From: Octopus sinensis
Lineage: Eukaryota
Direction: 5' to 3'
Length of the DNA stretch: 64,000 bases
Assembly: GCF_006345805.1 (NCBI RefSeq)
Contig: NC_043006.1
Span: forward strand, 11,594,001 to 11,658,000
Position 1 is the first letter of the stretch; every line of letters starts with the position of its first letter. A model generated the notes under the pieces. That model saw only the letters and a program-made list of their open reading frames with translations. It had not been told where the DNA came from and made no database searches. Positions 14,034 through 25,380 of this stretch are shown in pieces. Position numbers and translations under genes: made by a program.

Positions 14034-14115
14034 TGGCAGCGGTGGGATTCGAACCCACGCCTCTGAAGAGACTGGTGCCTAAAACCAGCGCCTTAGACCA
14101 CTCGGCCACGCTACC
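14034..14115 (-). tRNA. tRNA-Leu (anticodon TAG)
   Basis: GGTAGCGTGGCCGAGTGGTCTAAGGCGCTGGTTTTAGGCACCAGTCTCTTCAGAGGCGTGGGTTCGAATCCCACCGCTGCCA: 82 nt, full cloverleaf with long variable arm, A/B boxes, and a T5 Pol III terminator ~8 nt downstream. Confidence 0.97.
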
Positions 14116-14518
14116 ACGGTTAGACTGCGGCCATGCTGGTGCACCGCCCTGAAGAATTTTCAGTCGAATGAATCGATCTCAGCACTTTTTTTTAAGCCTG
14201 GTACTTATTCTATCGGTTTCTTTTGCCGGACCGCTAAGTTACAAGGAGGTAAACATACCAACACTCCAACACTGATTGTCAAATGGTGGTGGATAAACAA
14301 TGACACGTGTATGTGTGTGCGTGTGTGTGTGTGTGTGTGTGCGTGTACTCATATATACGTTATAAGGACAGGTGTGGTTGGGTCGTAAGAAGCTTGCTTC
14401 CCAACCATATGGTTCTGAGTTCAGTTCCTCTGCGTGGCACTTTGGGCTGTTTTCTGCTACAGCCTCAGGCTGACCAAAGCCTTGTGAGTGGACGGAAATT
14501 GAAAGAAGCCCGTCATAT

Positions 14519-14563
<45 letters not shown>

Positions 14564-14569
<6 letters not shown>

Positions 14570-15325
14570 AACTAAAATCATTGAACAAGCAAATACAAAG
14601 TCTTTTGGGCTATCCGTGCATGAATACCCAAGTGGGAAAGCAAACAACACCGTACGGGCCTGGTGCGTGATGGCTATCTTTGCGTTTATATATATATATA
14701 TTTTTCCCCCTGACGAAGGAGGTATTATCTGAATGCACCCTAGTGCTTTAAACATAATACACCCCTGAAATGGCCATAGGGATAAGTAAAAATGATTTCC
14801 TTCTTATATATAAGGCTTATTTTACCTGATTAAGATTTCTAAACGATGAACATTATTTTACTTTATTTACACGATATATATATATATATATTATATTTTT
14901 TATATGCTCCTATATGTATATATATTTATATATGTTTTATATATTTTTATATGCCTATATTTTTATATACCTATATATTTTTATATATTACTTATATTAT
15001 ATTTTACTTTCTAAGTTCTTTTATAAATGTATTCTCTTTGAATCGCTAGAATATTAATTCTAGGTTTTAATGATAAGAATTTTTCTCGCACCATACCATA
15101 TTATTATTATTACGTGCTGTACATATGAATTTTGTTCCATCTTGCGGGTTATATGTTTATTCTATAATTAAATGTTCGAATTATGAAATGACATGCGGTT
15201 GACTTTGTATTTGCTTGTTCAATGATTTTAGTTTGATATTTTTGTCTCTTCCAATAGAGCACTTCTATTGCAGTCCTATTAAACCTTTTTTTGTTCCTGA
15301 CAAGAAACAATTATTGTATCGATAT
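14564..15325 (+). mobile_element. Hammerhead-bearing fold-back element family H2 in (TA)n
   Basis: Perfect 39-bp inverted copy (14564-14602 vs 15201-15239); (TA)n at both ends; canonical hammerhead inside. Confidence 0.75.
14707..14781 (+). ncRNA. Type I hammerhead ribozyme, canonical core
   Basis: CCC-CUGACGA-AGG...GUAUUAU-loop-AUAAUAC...CCU-GAAA-UGGCCAUA/GGG; palindromic stem III; predicted cleavage after AUA (14778). Confidence 0.75.
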
Positions 15326-15349
15326 ATATATATATATTTTTTTTTTTTT

Positions 15350-15545
15350 TCTTTAAGTATTAGAAATGGCTAAAAAAATTTTTTTGGGCTGCTATTTCTA
15401 ATGAGTTCAGTATGTGGCAAAGTAATTTATTTTACTAAGCCCTTTATAAAATGTAATATTTTGAATTCGCCTTAAATGGTCCCTTTACATACTGAATACT
15501 TGGTGAAATTGATTAATAATTAATTAATTTTACCCTCAATTGTTG

Positions 15546-15552
<7 letters not shown>
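15350..15552 (+). mobile_element. 5'-truncated 3' end of family H1
   Basis: Near-identical to ~54035-54228 and ends at the same TTGAAAT(T)ATA/(TA)n junction. Confidence 0.85.
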
Positions 15553-15605
<53 letters not shown>

Positions 15606-15611
15606 CATACT

Positions 15612-15665
<54 letters not shown>

Positions 15666-15846
15666 TGAGGGTGAATGAGAGAGAGAGAGGTAGAAGACAA
15701 CAATCAAGTGAATACAAAAACAAGAATATCAGTCGTTGAACGTTTCATCTCAATATCGACCTCAACATAACTATACAAAGTTGTCTCCCGTATCTTCGAT
15801 TTCTTTTTTTTCTTTCTTTCTAGCTTTCTCACACATCTATTTCTAA

Positions 15847-16344
15847 CTAGCAGTATCGTCCGGCGTTGCTCGGGTTTGTAAGGGAAATAACTATATAAGC
15901 ATTTTTAGAGAGTTATAGCAAAAAAAAAGCAAAAAATGCATTAAAAATGGAAAAAAAAATGATGGTAAATTTCTTTACATATCGTTGACTCATCGTAGAC
16001 ATTTTTAGAGAGTTATTTCCCTTATATAATAGCAAAAAAATGCATTAAAAATGGAAAAAAATGATGGTAAATTTTTTTTAAATCGTTGACTCATCGTAGA
16101 CATTTTTAGAGAGTTACTTCCCTTATATAATAGCGAAAAAAATGCACTAAAATGGAAAAATGATGGTAATTTTTTTTTTTAATCGTTGACTCAACGTAGA
16201 CGCGCGCTAATACCCAGAAGGGCTCGATATGAATCACGACTATAAGATACCCGGTTTTGGTTAAACTGCACCGCAAAATGTGGGAGTAGTTAGGAATCTA
16301 AATCGTAGGAGACAGACACACAACTTCTCTTTTATATATAAAGA
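15847..16344 (-). mobile_element. Non-autonomous Helitron, copy 3 (3 internal units)
   Basis: Same termini as copies 1 and 2. Confidence 0.85.
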
Positions 16345-16638
16345 TGTATCCTGCATGAAATAACTTTTTCTTGTTTCACTCATTGGATGGCCACCGTTGG
16401 CTCATGATTGATTTTTACGTAAAATATGTAATCTTTCGTTTTTGGATTTGGTTTGCAAGATTCTTTATATGAGTTCGTGTGTTGAAGCATATTCTGTTAT
16501 GTCTGGGGAGAGTCATTTTCTTTTTCTGCCTTATAATCTAACACACTCACCAGTAAAATTTCCACTTTTTTCTTATTTTTATTCTCCTAAAATTTTCGTT
16601 GTGTCTTGCAACCTTTTCAATAGTTTTGGTCAAGACTA

Positions 16639-17067
16639 GGATCTTTTCGGTTTGAACGGCAGTTTTTTCTAGCGGTGTCATATGAAATTGTCACCCATAA
16701 TTATGACCCTAGTATCGATCTATTGCATTTCAATCTGTTTTAGGGTTAGAGTTAAGGTGGCGGTAAAGGGTATCTTTTTTCTTCAGAAATGTAAATAAAC
16801 CCAATCTGTTTCTGAAACGAGGGGCATATTCATACGGCAAAGAATGTTTTTTTTTTTTTTTTTTACCTCAATAGACGTCATTGATTGGTTGAAATTGCAG
16901 AAATTGAAGAAAAAACAACAACAAATATCTTACAAACTATAGAATTTTCTCAAGAAAGCCAAGAGAAAGATATGTTTTATAAACACATTCTACCAGTATA
17001 CGAAGTTTAAAAGTGTTTAGTTACGTGGAAATTATGTTAAAAACTGCCGTTCAAACCGAAAAGATCC
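16639..17067. mobile_element. MITE family T1 copy 2
   Basis: Same TIRs and body as 1468-1900. Confidence 0.85.
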
Positions 17068-17237
17068 CAAATTGATATCTATTATTCTTGTTTAGTCATA
17101 TGCTGGTCTTGATTGAGCAGATTTATGATTTAAGCCGTTCCTTTTTCTTTCCCTTTACAATAAAGCCAAGAGAAAAAGATGTCTTATAAACACATTCTAC
17201 CAGTATACGAAGTTTAAAAGCGGAAATTATTTAAAAA

Positions 17238-17463
17238 GGCGATCTTTCGTCTCTAGTAGACCTTTCCGTCGATTTCCGTAAAAAAATATTTTTCTTTTAC
17301 ATATGGGCTTGCGGGAACTTTTGAAGTAATATACATACATATACACATACACCGAGTAAAAAATTTCAGTTATCTCTTTCTTTCACACATTACTCTGTCT
17401 CTTCACACACACTAACAGAAGCACTTCACTTACACAACATACTGTCTGTCTCCCACACCCCAT

Positions 17464-17499
<36 letters not shown>

Positions 17500-17674
17500 C
17501 ATCAATGCTTCCCCTGGACGGTAACTTCAAAAGAACTTCCCTCGTCATACAATCGCTTTCTCTTAGTCTCTTTCGCTCTCATTACTTCAAAAGTTCCCGC
17601 AAGCCCATATGTAAAAAAAAAAAAAAATTTTTACGGAAATCGACGGAAAGGTCTACTGGAGACGAAAGATTGCC
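17238..17674. mobile_element. MITE with ~95-bp terminal inverted repeats (GGCGATCTTTCGTCTCTAGTAGACC...)
   Basis: Long inverted ends around a CA-rich interior; no clear TSD. Confidence 0.75.
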
Positions 17675-17784
17675 CACATTATAAGGCACAAAAAGAAAAT
17701 TACTCTCCTCCTCAGACACAACAGAATATGTAATCTTTTTTTTGTTGCTGAGCGTTTTCAGGAACGGTAATTCATATACCGGAC

Positions 17785-18570
17785 GAGCTGGCGAGCTGGC
17801 AGAAACGTTAGCAACGCCGGCCGAAATGCGTAGCAGTATTTCGTCTGTCGCTACGTTCTGAGTTCAAATTCCGCCGAGGTCGACTTTGCCTTTCATCCTT
17901 TCGAGGTCGATAAATTAAGTACCAGTTACGCACTGGGGTCGATGTAATCGACTTAATACCTATGTCTGTCCTTGTTTGTCCTTTCTGTGTTTAGCCCTTT
18001 GAGGGTAGTAAAGAAATAGGTATTTTGTCTGCCGCTACGTTTTGAGTTCGAATTCCGCCGAGGTCGACTTTGCCTTTCATCCTTTCGGGGTCGATAAATT
18101 AAGTACCAGTTACGCACTGGGGTCGATGTAATCGACTTAATACCTATGTCTGTCCTTGTTTGTCCTCTCTGTGTTTAGCCTCTTGAGGGTAGTAAAGAAA
18201 TAGGTATTTTGTCTGCCGCTACGTTTTGAGTTCGAATTCCGCCGAGGTCGACTTTGCCTTTCATCCTTTCGAGGTCGATAAATTAAGTACCAGTTACGCA
18301 CTGGGGTCGATGTAATCGACTTAATACTTATGTCTGTCCTTGTTTGTCCCCTCTGTGTTTAGCCCCTTGAGGGTAGTAAAGAAATAGGTATTTTGTCTGC
18401 CGCTACGTTCTGAGTTCAAATTCCGCCGAGGTCGAGTTTGCCTTTCATCTTTTCGGGGTCGATAAATTAAGTACCAGTTACGCACTGGGGTCGATGTAAT
18501 CGACTTAATACCTATGTCTGTCCTTGTTTGTCCCCTCTGTGTTTAGCCCCTTGTGGGTAATAAAGAAATA
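17785..18570 (+). mobile_element. SINE family B tetramer (one head + 4 x 184-bp body) in a single 19-bp TSD
   Basis: TSD GGTAATTCATATACCGGAC at 17766-17784 and 18571-18589; junctions at 18023, 18207 and 18391. Confidence 0.92.
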
Positions 18571-18589
18571 GGTAATTCATATACCGGAC

Positions 18590-18842
18590 CATTTTCGAAA
18601 CTGGACACTATTTTCCGCCAAGACCGCTTACGTCACACCGTCACATGGTACACACCGTCTATTTTGTTGATTTCACTCTCGTCTCTCTTCTTCGATGGAA
18701 TCTCTTTTCATTTAAAACAAAAGATGTAGTCTTTTCAGATGTCACCAAACAGCTTAAATAATTAGTATTTCTGTTGCTATCAAATACTCCAATTTACCAT
18801 TCCATATATTGTACTCTGCGAATTCGTTTTAAAAAAACGATA
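18590..18842 (+). promoter_or_regulatory. Probable MED19 proximal promoter / 5' UTR
   Basis: Unique non-repeat sequence between the SINE array and the ATG; TSS not determinable. Confidence 0.5.
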
Positions 18843-19029
18843 ATGATGGCAGATCAGCTCCGCAGAGTTGAACCCGCGATCTCCAGCCCCAAATCCAGTC
18901 CCAGGGGTTCCAGGTCCCCGGCACATCCTCGCACCGATTCCACAGGAACACTTAAAACTACCATCAGTTTAGGCAAAGTACCGTCTGTTATCCATTCGGG
19001 ACCGTTTTACCTCATGAAAGATGTACCTG
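18843..19029 (+). CDS. MED19: Mediator complex subunit 19, coding exon 1
   Basis: MMADQLRRVEPAISSPKSSPRGSRSP...GTLKTTISLGKVPSVIHSGPFYLMKDVP is the invertebrate-type MED19 N-terminus; donor G|GTAAAG, phase 1. Confidence 0.93.
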
Positions 19030-19192
19030 GTAAAGGAATACCTTTTTGTATTTTGTATTTTGTGTTTTTTTTGGGTTCTTTTTAAATATTTTCTTCAATG
19101 CTATTTATTTCCATGTCTTATTGTCTCTTCTTCTTCTTGTTCTTGTTCTTCTTGTTGTTCTTCTTCTTCAATATTATTATTATTATTGGTAC

Positions 19193-19478
19193 GGTACTAC
19201 TTGAGAACAGTGGTCCCGGTGCGCGCACTCGCCTAGTCGCGCATCCGCGCTAGCTAGTCGTGACTAGTCGATCCTACAACGACTACCTAGCAAAGTAAAT
19301 AAAACACAAAATATATAATTTTTGTTAAACAAAGTAAACAAAACACAAAAACACAAATTAAATAATTTTTTAAACAAAGTAAATAAAACAAAAATACAAA
19401 GCAAGGATCGACTAGTCATGACTAGCTAGCGCGGATATGCGAGTGCGCGCACCGGGATCACTGTTCTCAAGTAGTACC
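19193..19478. mobile_element. GC/CpG-rich-TIR MITE, copy 1 (MED19 intron 1)
   Basis: ~70-85-bp inverted ends starting GGTACTACTTGAGAAC; A-rich centre. Confidence 0.8.
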
Positions 19479-20348
19479 CATTATTATTATCATCGGCGAG
19501 CTGGCAGAATCGTTACCGTGCCGGGCAAAATGCTTAGCGGCATTTCATCCGTCTTTATATTCTGAGTTCAAATGCCTTCGGGTTCGATAAAATAAGTTCC
19601 ATTTAAGCACTAGGGATCGATGTAGTCGACATATCCCCTCCTGCAAAATTGCTGGCCTTGTGCCAAAAACTGAAACCAATATCATTATTATTATTAAAGT
19701 GGTGCGTTGGCAGAATCGTTAGCATGCCGGACAAAATGCTTAGCACCATTTTATCCGTCTTTACGTTCCCATTTCAAATTCCGCCGAGATCGACTTTGCC
19801 TTTCATCCTTTCAGGGATCGGTAAAATAAATACCAGTTGAGCACTGGGGGTCGATATAATCGACTCATCCCCTCCCACGAACTTGCCTTATGCCAAAATT
19901 TGAAACCATTATTATTGAATCGTTAACACACCGGACAAAATGTTTTGCAACATTTTGTCCGGCGCTACGTTCTGAGTTCACATTCCGCCGAGGTCGACTT
20001 TGCCTTTCATCCTTTCGAGATCGATAAATTAAGTACCTGTGAAACACTGGGGTCGGTGTAATCGACTAGTCCCTCTCCCCCTAAATTTCAGGCCTTCTGC
20101 CTTCAGTAGAAAGGATTATTATTAAGGCGTCGAGCTTAGCAGAATTGTTAGCAACTCGGACAAAATTCTTAGCTTGCATTTCTTTCGAATCTTTGAGTTC
20201 AAATGTCGCCTAAGTGGACTTCCAAAAACTGCTGTCTTTTTTCCAAAATTTGAACCTATTATTATTATTATTATTATTACAATTATAATAATGACAGACA
20301 TCTGTGTGTCTTTTTGCTTTTAATTTTGCTGTGAGGTTAACGGTTAGA

Positions 20349-20472
20349 GATTAATCTCCAGGGATACAGGCATCCTGCAACAGGACCTCCGTAATGCTAT
20401 GATGGACCGTGAAGTCTGGCGTAGCATAGTAAATTCCATCGTCTCGACCACGGTCGAACAATGATGATGATG
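20349..20472 (+). mobile_element. 5'-truncated RTE-type LINE 3' end
   Basis: DLRNAMMDREVWRSIV peptide, (ATG)n tail and 10-bp TSD AACGGTTAGA. Confidence 0.8.
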
Positions 20473-20777
20473 AACGGTTAGAAAAATAGACTTTTTTCTC
20501 GTCGATTCAACTTTTATCTAGATCTATCATGACATGTCAACATCCGTTATCTTATATTTTAACTGCACGAATTGAAACCCAACGATCTTCACTACAAAAC
20601 GCAGGGACCACATGGAAACATACTGGAATACTCGAATGTCTTTAAAAAATATAAATGATAAAATATACCATGAAGCGGTAATTAAGACAGTTTAACTTGT
20701 CTTAGTAATCAATGAGGGAACTTTTAATTACCAAGACAAGCTAAACAATCTTAATTACAAACGTAAAAAGAAAAAGT

Positions 20778-21047
20778 GGTACTACTTAAGAGGGGTGTCC
20801 CGGTGTGCGCACTCGCGTACTCGCGCATCCGCGCTAGCTAGTCGTGACTAGTCGATCCTACAACGACTACCTAGCAAAGTAAATAAAACACAAAATAAAT
20901 AATTTTTTTTACACAAAATAATTTTTTTAAAAACAAAGTAAATAAAACAGAAAAACACAAAGTAAGGATCGACTAGTCACGACTACCAAGCGTGGACGCA
21001 CGAGTACGCGAGTGCGCGCACCGGGACCACTCTTCTTAAGTAGTACT
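20778..21047. mobile_element. GC/CpG-rich-TIR MITE, copy 2
   Basis: Homologous to 19193-19478, same orientation. Confidence 0.8.
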
Positions 21048-22169
21048 AAAAATGTAGTATTGTCTTTGAAATGTCATTTACTGTTTCTAACAAATTCCAT
21101 TGGTTGTGTAGTCGAACATATACATCTGTTACCACAAACCCACATCTGCTGCTCTTTCTTTTTCATAAACAAATATAGAAATGTAGAAGCTTAATGCTTC
21201 ACAAATATTTACCCTAACACTTTCTGTGGAACTTCAAGCCATACAAAAGGGGTTGCTCAACCTACTAGAAATAAGAGCTAAATCTTCCTCAAGCAATATC
21301 AAATCTTATTAAAACACATATTGCATATTATATATGCATGTGACAGACTTCTTTCAGTTTCTGTTTATCAAATATACTGACAAGGTTTTGGGCCAGCCTG
21401 GGGCTATAAAAGAAAATACTTGCTCAATGTGCCATGCGCTGGGACTGAACCCAAACCCATGGTGGTTGGGAAGAAAATTTCCCATTCACATGGTTTCATG
21501 TTTAGTTTTACTGTGCAGCACTTTCAGTTTCCATCTACCAGATCCACTCACAAGGCTTTGGTCAGCTCAAGGACTGAACCCGGGACCATATGGTTGTAAG
21601 CAAGCTACTTGCCACACAGCCACTCCTGCACCATGTATTTGAACCCAGAACATATAGACGGACAAAATGCCACTAAGCATTAAGAGATTAAGGCGATTAC
21701 CTAGACCGCAGTGCGTAACTGGTACTTAATTTATCGACCCTTAAGGGATGAAAGGCAAAGTCGATCTCGACAGAATTTGAACTCAATGTAATGGCAGATG
21801 AAATACCTATTTCTTTATTACCCACATGAGGCTAAACATAGAGGGGACAAACAAGGACAGACATAGGTATTAAGTCGATTACATTGACCCTAGTGTGTAA
21901 CTGGTACTTAATTTATCGATCCCGAAAGGATGAAAGGCAAAGTCGACCTCAGCGGGATTTGGACCCAGAACGTAACGGCAGATGAAATACAGCTAAGCAT
22001 TTCGCCCAGTGTGCTAATGTTTCTACCAGCTTGCCGCCTTAATTCGTTAGGCATGCTAATAACGATTCTGCCAGTTTGCTGCCTCTAAGTGGTTATGTAT
22101 TAATATTAGAATAACACACAATTGACAAACTAATATGATTTATTTTTCATTTTGTTTCCCCTAAATCAG

Positions 22170-22326
22170 AGCAAGCCGAAATGACTGGATACACGAACCT
22201 TATGTCATATTATGGACTTGGTAATTCCTACAATAAATTTTTTACAAAGAAAGTGAAAGAGGAACTCAGTGCATTCTTACCTACACTTCCTGGAAATATC
22301 GACACACCTGGCATTAATGACACAAG
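22170..22326 (+). CDS. MED19: MED19 coding exon 2
   Basis: (E)QAEMTGYTNLMSYYGLGNSYNKFFTKKVKEELSAFLPTLPGNIDTPGINDT; cag| acceptor, |gtatac donor, phases 1/2. Confidence 0.95.
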
Positions 22327-22429
22327 GTATACTTTATTGTTCTTTTTGTTTTGTTTTTGTCTTATTGGGTTATTGTTATTTAACCCCTGTGGTATTTGGA
22401 TTTCTTTATCAAATTTATTGCTTCATCTG

Positions 22430-22765
22430 TTCGTGTCTGTTGCCAACCTCGCCTGGACCCCGTGCCGGTGGCACGTAGCACCATCCGTTCGTGGCCGTTG
22501 CCAGCCTCGCCTGGCCCCCGTACCGGTGGCACATAAAAGCACCATCTGTTCGTGGCCGTTTGCCAGCTCTGTCTGGCACCCGTGCGGGTGGCACGTAAAA
22601 AGCACCTACTACACTCTCATAGTGGTTGGCGTCAGGAAGGGCATCCAGCCGTAGAAACACTGCCAGATCAGACTGGGCCTGATGCAGCCTTCTGGCTTCA
22701 CAGACCCCAGTTGAACCGTCCAACCCATGCTAGCATGGAAAACGGACGCTAAATGATGATGATGA
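22430..22765 (+). mobile_element. SINE-like family C (GGCGTTAGGAAGGGCATCCAGC core, (GAT)n tail, variable internal tandem units)
   Basis: Many copies: ~23036-23220, 24478-25092, 25612-25915, 26230-26900, 30105-30345, 30480-30955, 32140-32580, 33413-33677, 35825-36160, 37520-37830, 39240-39640. Confidence 0.85.
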
Positions 22766-22913
22766 TAGTTTTGAATTAATCATGCATTTTCCCATAGTTT
22801 TGAGATTTCAATGATATAATCATCATAATCATGGCTGCAGTCTAATGACTGAAACAAGTAAAGGCTAAAAGACAGGCTATATTTCCTCGTATAACCCGTG
22901 GCAGCAAAGTATA

Positions 22914-23591
22914 CAGTGATCCCTTGCTACTTCGCAGTTCAACAATCGCAGATTCACGACTTCACGAATTTTTCATATATGTATATATATGAACGCCGAA
23001 AATTTTTCATTAAATCCATTAAAATATTAATAATAAATGCGGGTGGCACGTAAAAAGCACCCACTACACTCACGGAGTTGTTGGCATTAGGAAGGGCATC
23101 CGGCCGTAGAAACACTGCCAGATCAGACTGGAGCCTGATGCAGCCTTCTGGCTTCACAGACCCCAGTTGAACCGTCCAACCCATGCTAACATGGAAAGCG
23201 GACGCTAAATGATGATGATTATTTCCTAGTCTAGGAACAACAAAACAAGCATAAAATAGCAAAAAAGCATATACAGGGGTATTTGAACTTAAGACGGGCT
23301 GTGATTGGTGCAATGGAGAGAGACGACGAATCACAGCTTTCTATTTTGTAATCTGGCCTATGTAACAGTAACAATCTTCATTTTTAAAAATCTAAAGTGT
23401 TATTGCTTAACAGTTGTCCTTGTTATTAATAGACTACTGTAATGAGAGGGTTGTTAACAGTACAGGGAGGGTTTTAAAAGTCCAAATACACGTTAAATAG
23501 ATACTGTAAATATGGTGTCCCTACTTTGCGGAAATCCAGTTATCGTGGCCAGTCTCGGAACCAGTCTACCACGATAAACGAGGGATCACTG
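22914..23591. mobile_element. pogo/Tigger-type non-autonomous DNA transposon
   Basis: TA|CAGTGATCCCT...AGGGATCACTG|TA termini; interrupted by a family C copy. Confidence 0.8.
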
Positions 23592-24319
23592 TACTTCCAG
23601 AGTAATCTTTCATATAATAGGTAGCACTCTAGTATCATCATCATCATCATCTAATGTCTACTTTTCCATGCTATGTGGGTCAAATGGAATTTATTGAGGC
23701 AGATTTTCTTAGACTGAAATGCCTTCCTGTTGCCAACCCACCTGTTTCCAATCAAGGTAATATTTCTTCATGGCCAATCATTTTCCAAAGAAGACTGGAA
23801 ATAAACAACACCACTTGTATGACAGTGACTCTTGTTTACAACCACATGATGTCAAAACAAAGGGTACATACATATATGACAGCTTCTTTCTTTTTCTGTA
23901 TACCAAATTCATTCATTCATTCACAAGGCTTTGGTCAGTCCTGAGCCGGCTATACTAGAAGACATTGGCCCCAGATGCTGTGCAGTCACAGTATGACTGA
24001 ACCAGTCCCCACATTGCTAGGGAGTTAGCTCCCTACTATAGAGCCTTGTCTCCCAAAGTTGCTGGCCTTGTGCCAAAATCTGAAACTTATATTGGCGTTC
24101 CCAACATGCCTCAGTTTTGCTCTTTTAGTGATCAAATTGTTCCTACATTCTGACAAATCATTTGTTTTTTATTCTGCTAATATTTTGTCATTTCATTCTG
24201 TTATACCAATATTTCGTATTTTTCACCACATTATGTAACTACTGCAGCGTGGAAGGTGTTTATAAGCCATTTAAGAAACACACAGAATTCGTTAGATTCA
24301 CTTCAACATTTAAATTTAA

Positions 24320-24370
24320 TTTGTCAAAATATTTTCGTTGCTTTGTGACCACGACCTGTTCACTGACAAA
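24320..24370 (-). ncRNA. Type I hammerhead-like motif with G3-C8 core (left arm)
   Basis: UUUGUCA-GUGAACA-G-GUCGU-loop-GCAAC-GAAA-AUAUUU/UGACAAA. Confidence 0.6.
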
Positions 24371-24391
24371 ATTCCAGGCTGAATCAATTTC

Positions 24392-24436
24392 GTCAGTGAA
24401 CAGGTCGCGGTCTCAAAGCAACGAAAATATTTTGGC
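24392..24436 (+). ncRNA. Type I hammerhead-like motif with G3-C8 core (right arm)
   Basis: GUCA-GUGAACA-G-GUCGC-GGUCUCAAA-GCAAC-GAAA-AUAUUU/UGGC. Confidence 0.6.
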
Positions 24437-25280
24437 AAATTAAATTTAAATGTTGAAGTGAATCTAACGGATTTTGTCATCATTGTCATCATCATCATCA
24501 TCATCGTTTAACGTTTGCTTTCCATGCTAGCATGGGTTGGACGATTTGACTGAGGTCTGGCAGACCAGATGGCTGTACCAGACTCCAATCTGATCTGGCA
24601 CAGTTTCTACAGCTAGATGCCCTTCCTAATGCCAACCACTCCGAGAGTGTAGTGGGTGCTTTTTACGTGCCACCGGCATGGGGGCCAGTCAGGCGGTACT
24701 GGCAACGGCCACGCTCAAATGGTGCACTTTATGTGCCACCTGCACAGGAGCCAGTCCAGTGGCACTGGCAACGACCTCGCTCGAATGTTTTTTCACGTGC
24801 CACCAGCACAAGTGCTAGTAAGGTGATGCAGATAATGATCACGCTTGAATGGTGTTTTTAATGTACCATTGGCACGGAGGCTAGCTTGTTGCTCTGGCAA
24901 CGATCTCACTCGTATGGTGCTCTTAGCGCTCCACTAGCACGGATGCCAGTCATTGAATTTGATTTCGAGTTCACTTGGAGTTTAGTGTCCAATGAAGGAA
25001 AGACACGCATATGTGGACTTGTTACACCCCTGGCACAGGCCACAAGGTTATGGTATCACTTGCGCTTGCTGAGTCTTCTTAAGCACAGCATGCGTTTCTT
25101 AAATGGCTTATAAGCACCTTCCATGCTGCAATTGTCTTCGTTCCAGCACACGGTATGTAAATACTGTTGTTTCCTTATGCAAATGCTTTTATCTCATGCA
25201 AATATTTTGTTTTCTCATCTCATTATGCAAATTTCTTTTCATTTAATATTTCTCTTCTCCCCTTATTTTCCACTTTACAG

Positions 25281-25380
25281 CTCCCTTCGGTCAGTGATTG
25301 AAAAGCCACCAATCAGTACCCGGGAATTATTACCATTGTCAGGTGCAAGCCTAGCAGGTTTCAGACTCCACCCTGGACCT
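25281..25380 (+). CDS. MED19: MED19 coding exon 3
   Basis: (S)SLRSVIEKPPISTRELLPLSGASLAGFRLHPGP; tacag| acceptor, |gtaaat donor, phases 2/0. Confidence 0.96.

Larger units (their letters stand above)
24243..25152. mobile_element. Fold-back element family H6 (G3-C8 hammerhead), right arm split by a family C insertion (~24478-25092)
   Basis: Inverted arms around ~24380; the right arm resumes at ~25093 (gcgtttcttaaatggcttataagc). Confidence 0.8.

Noticed and set aside
15297-15318. CTGACAA-GAAA-CAATTATTG-TA at the H2 3' end resembling a second hammerhead
   Set aside because: No stem II, G8 changed and stem I does not pair; at most a relic.
17785-18570. Regular repeat spacing suggestive of a CRISPR-like array
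   Set aside because: Units are full 184-bp SINE bodies with no unique spacers, in a eukaryotic context.
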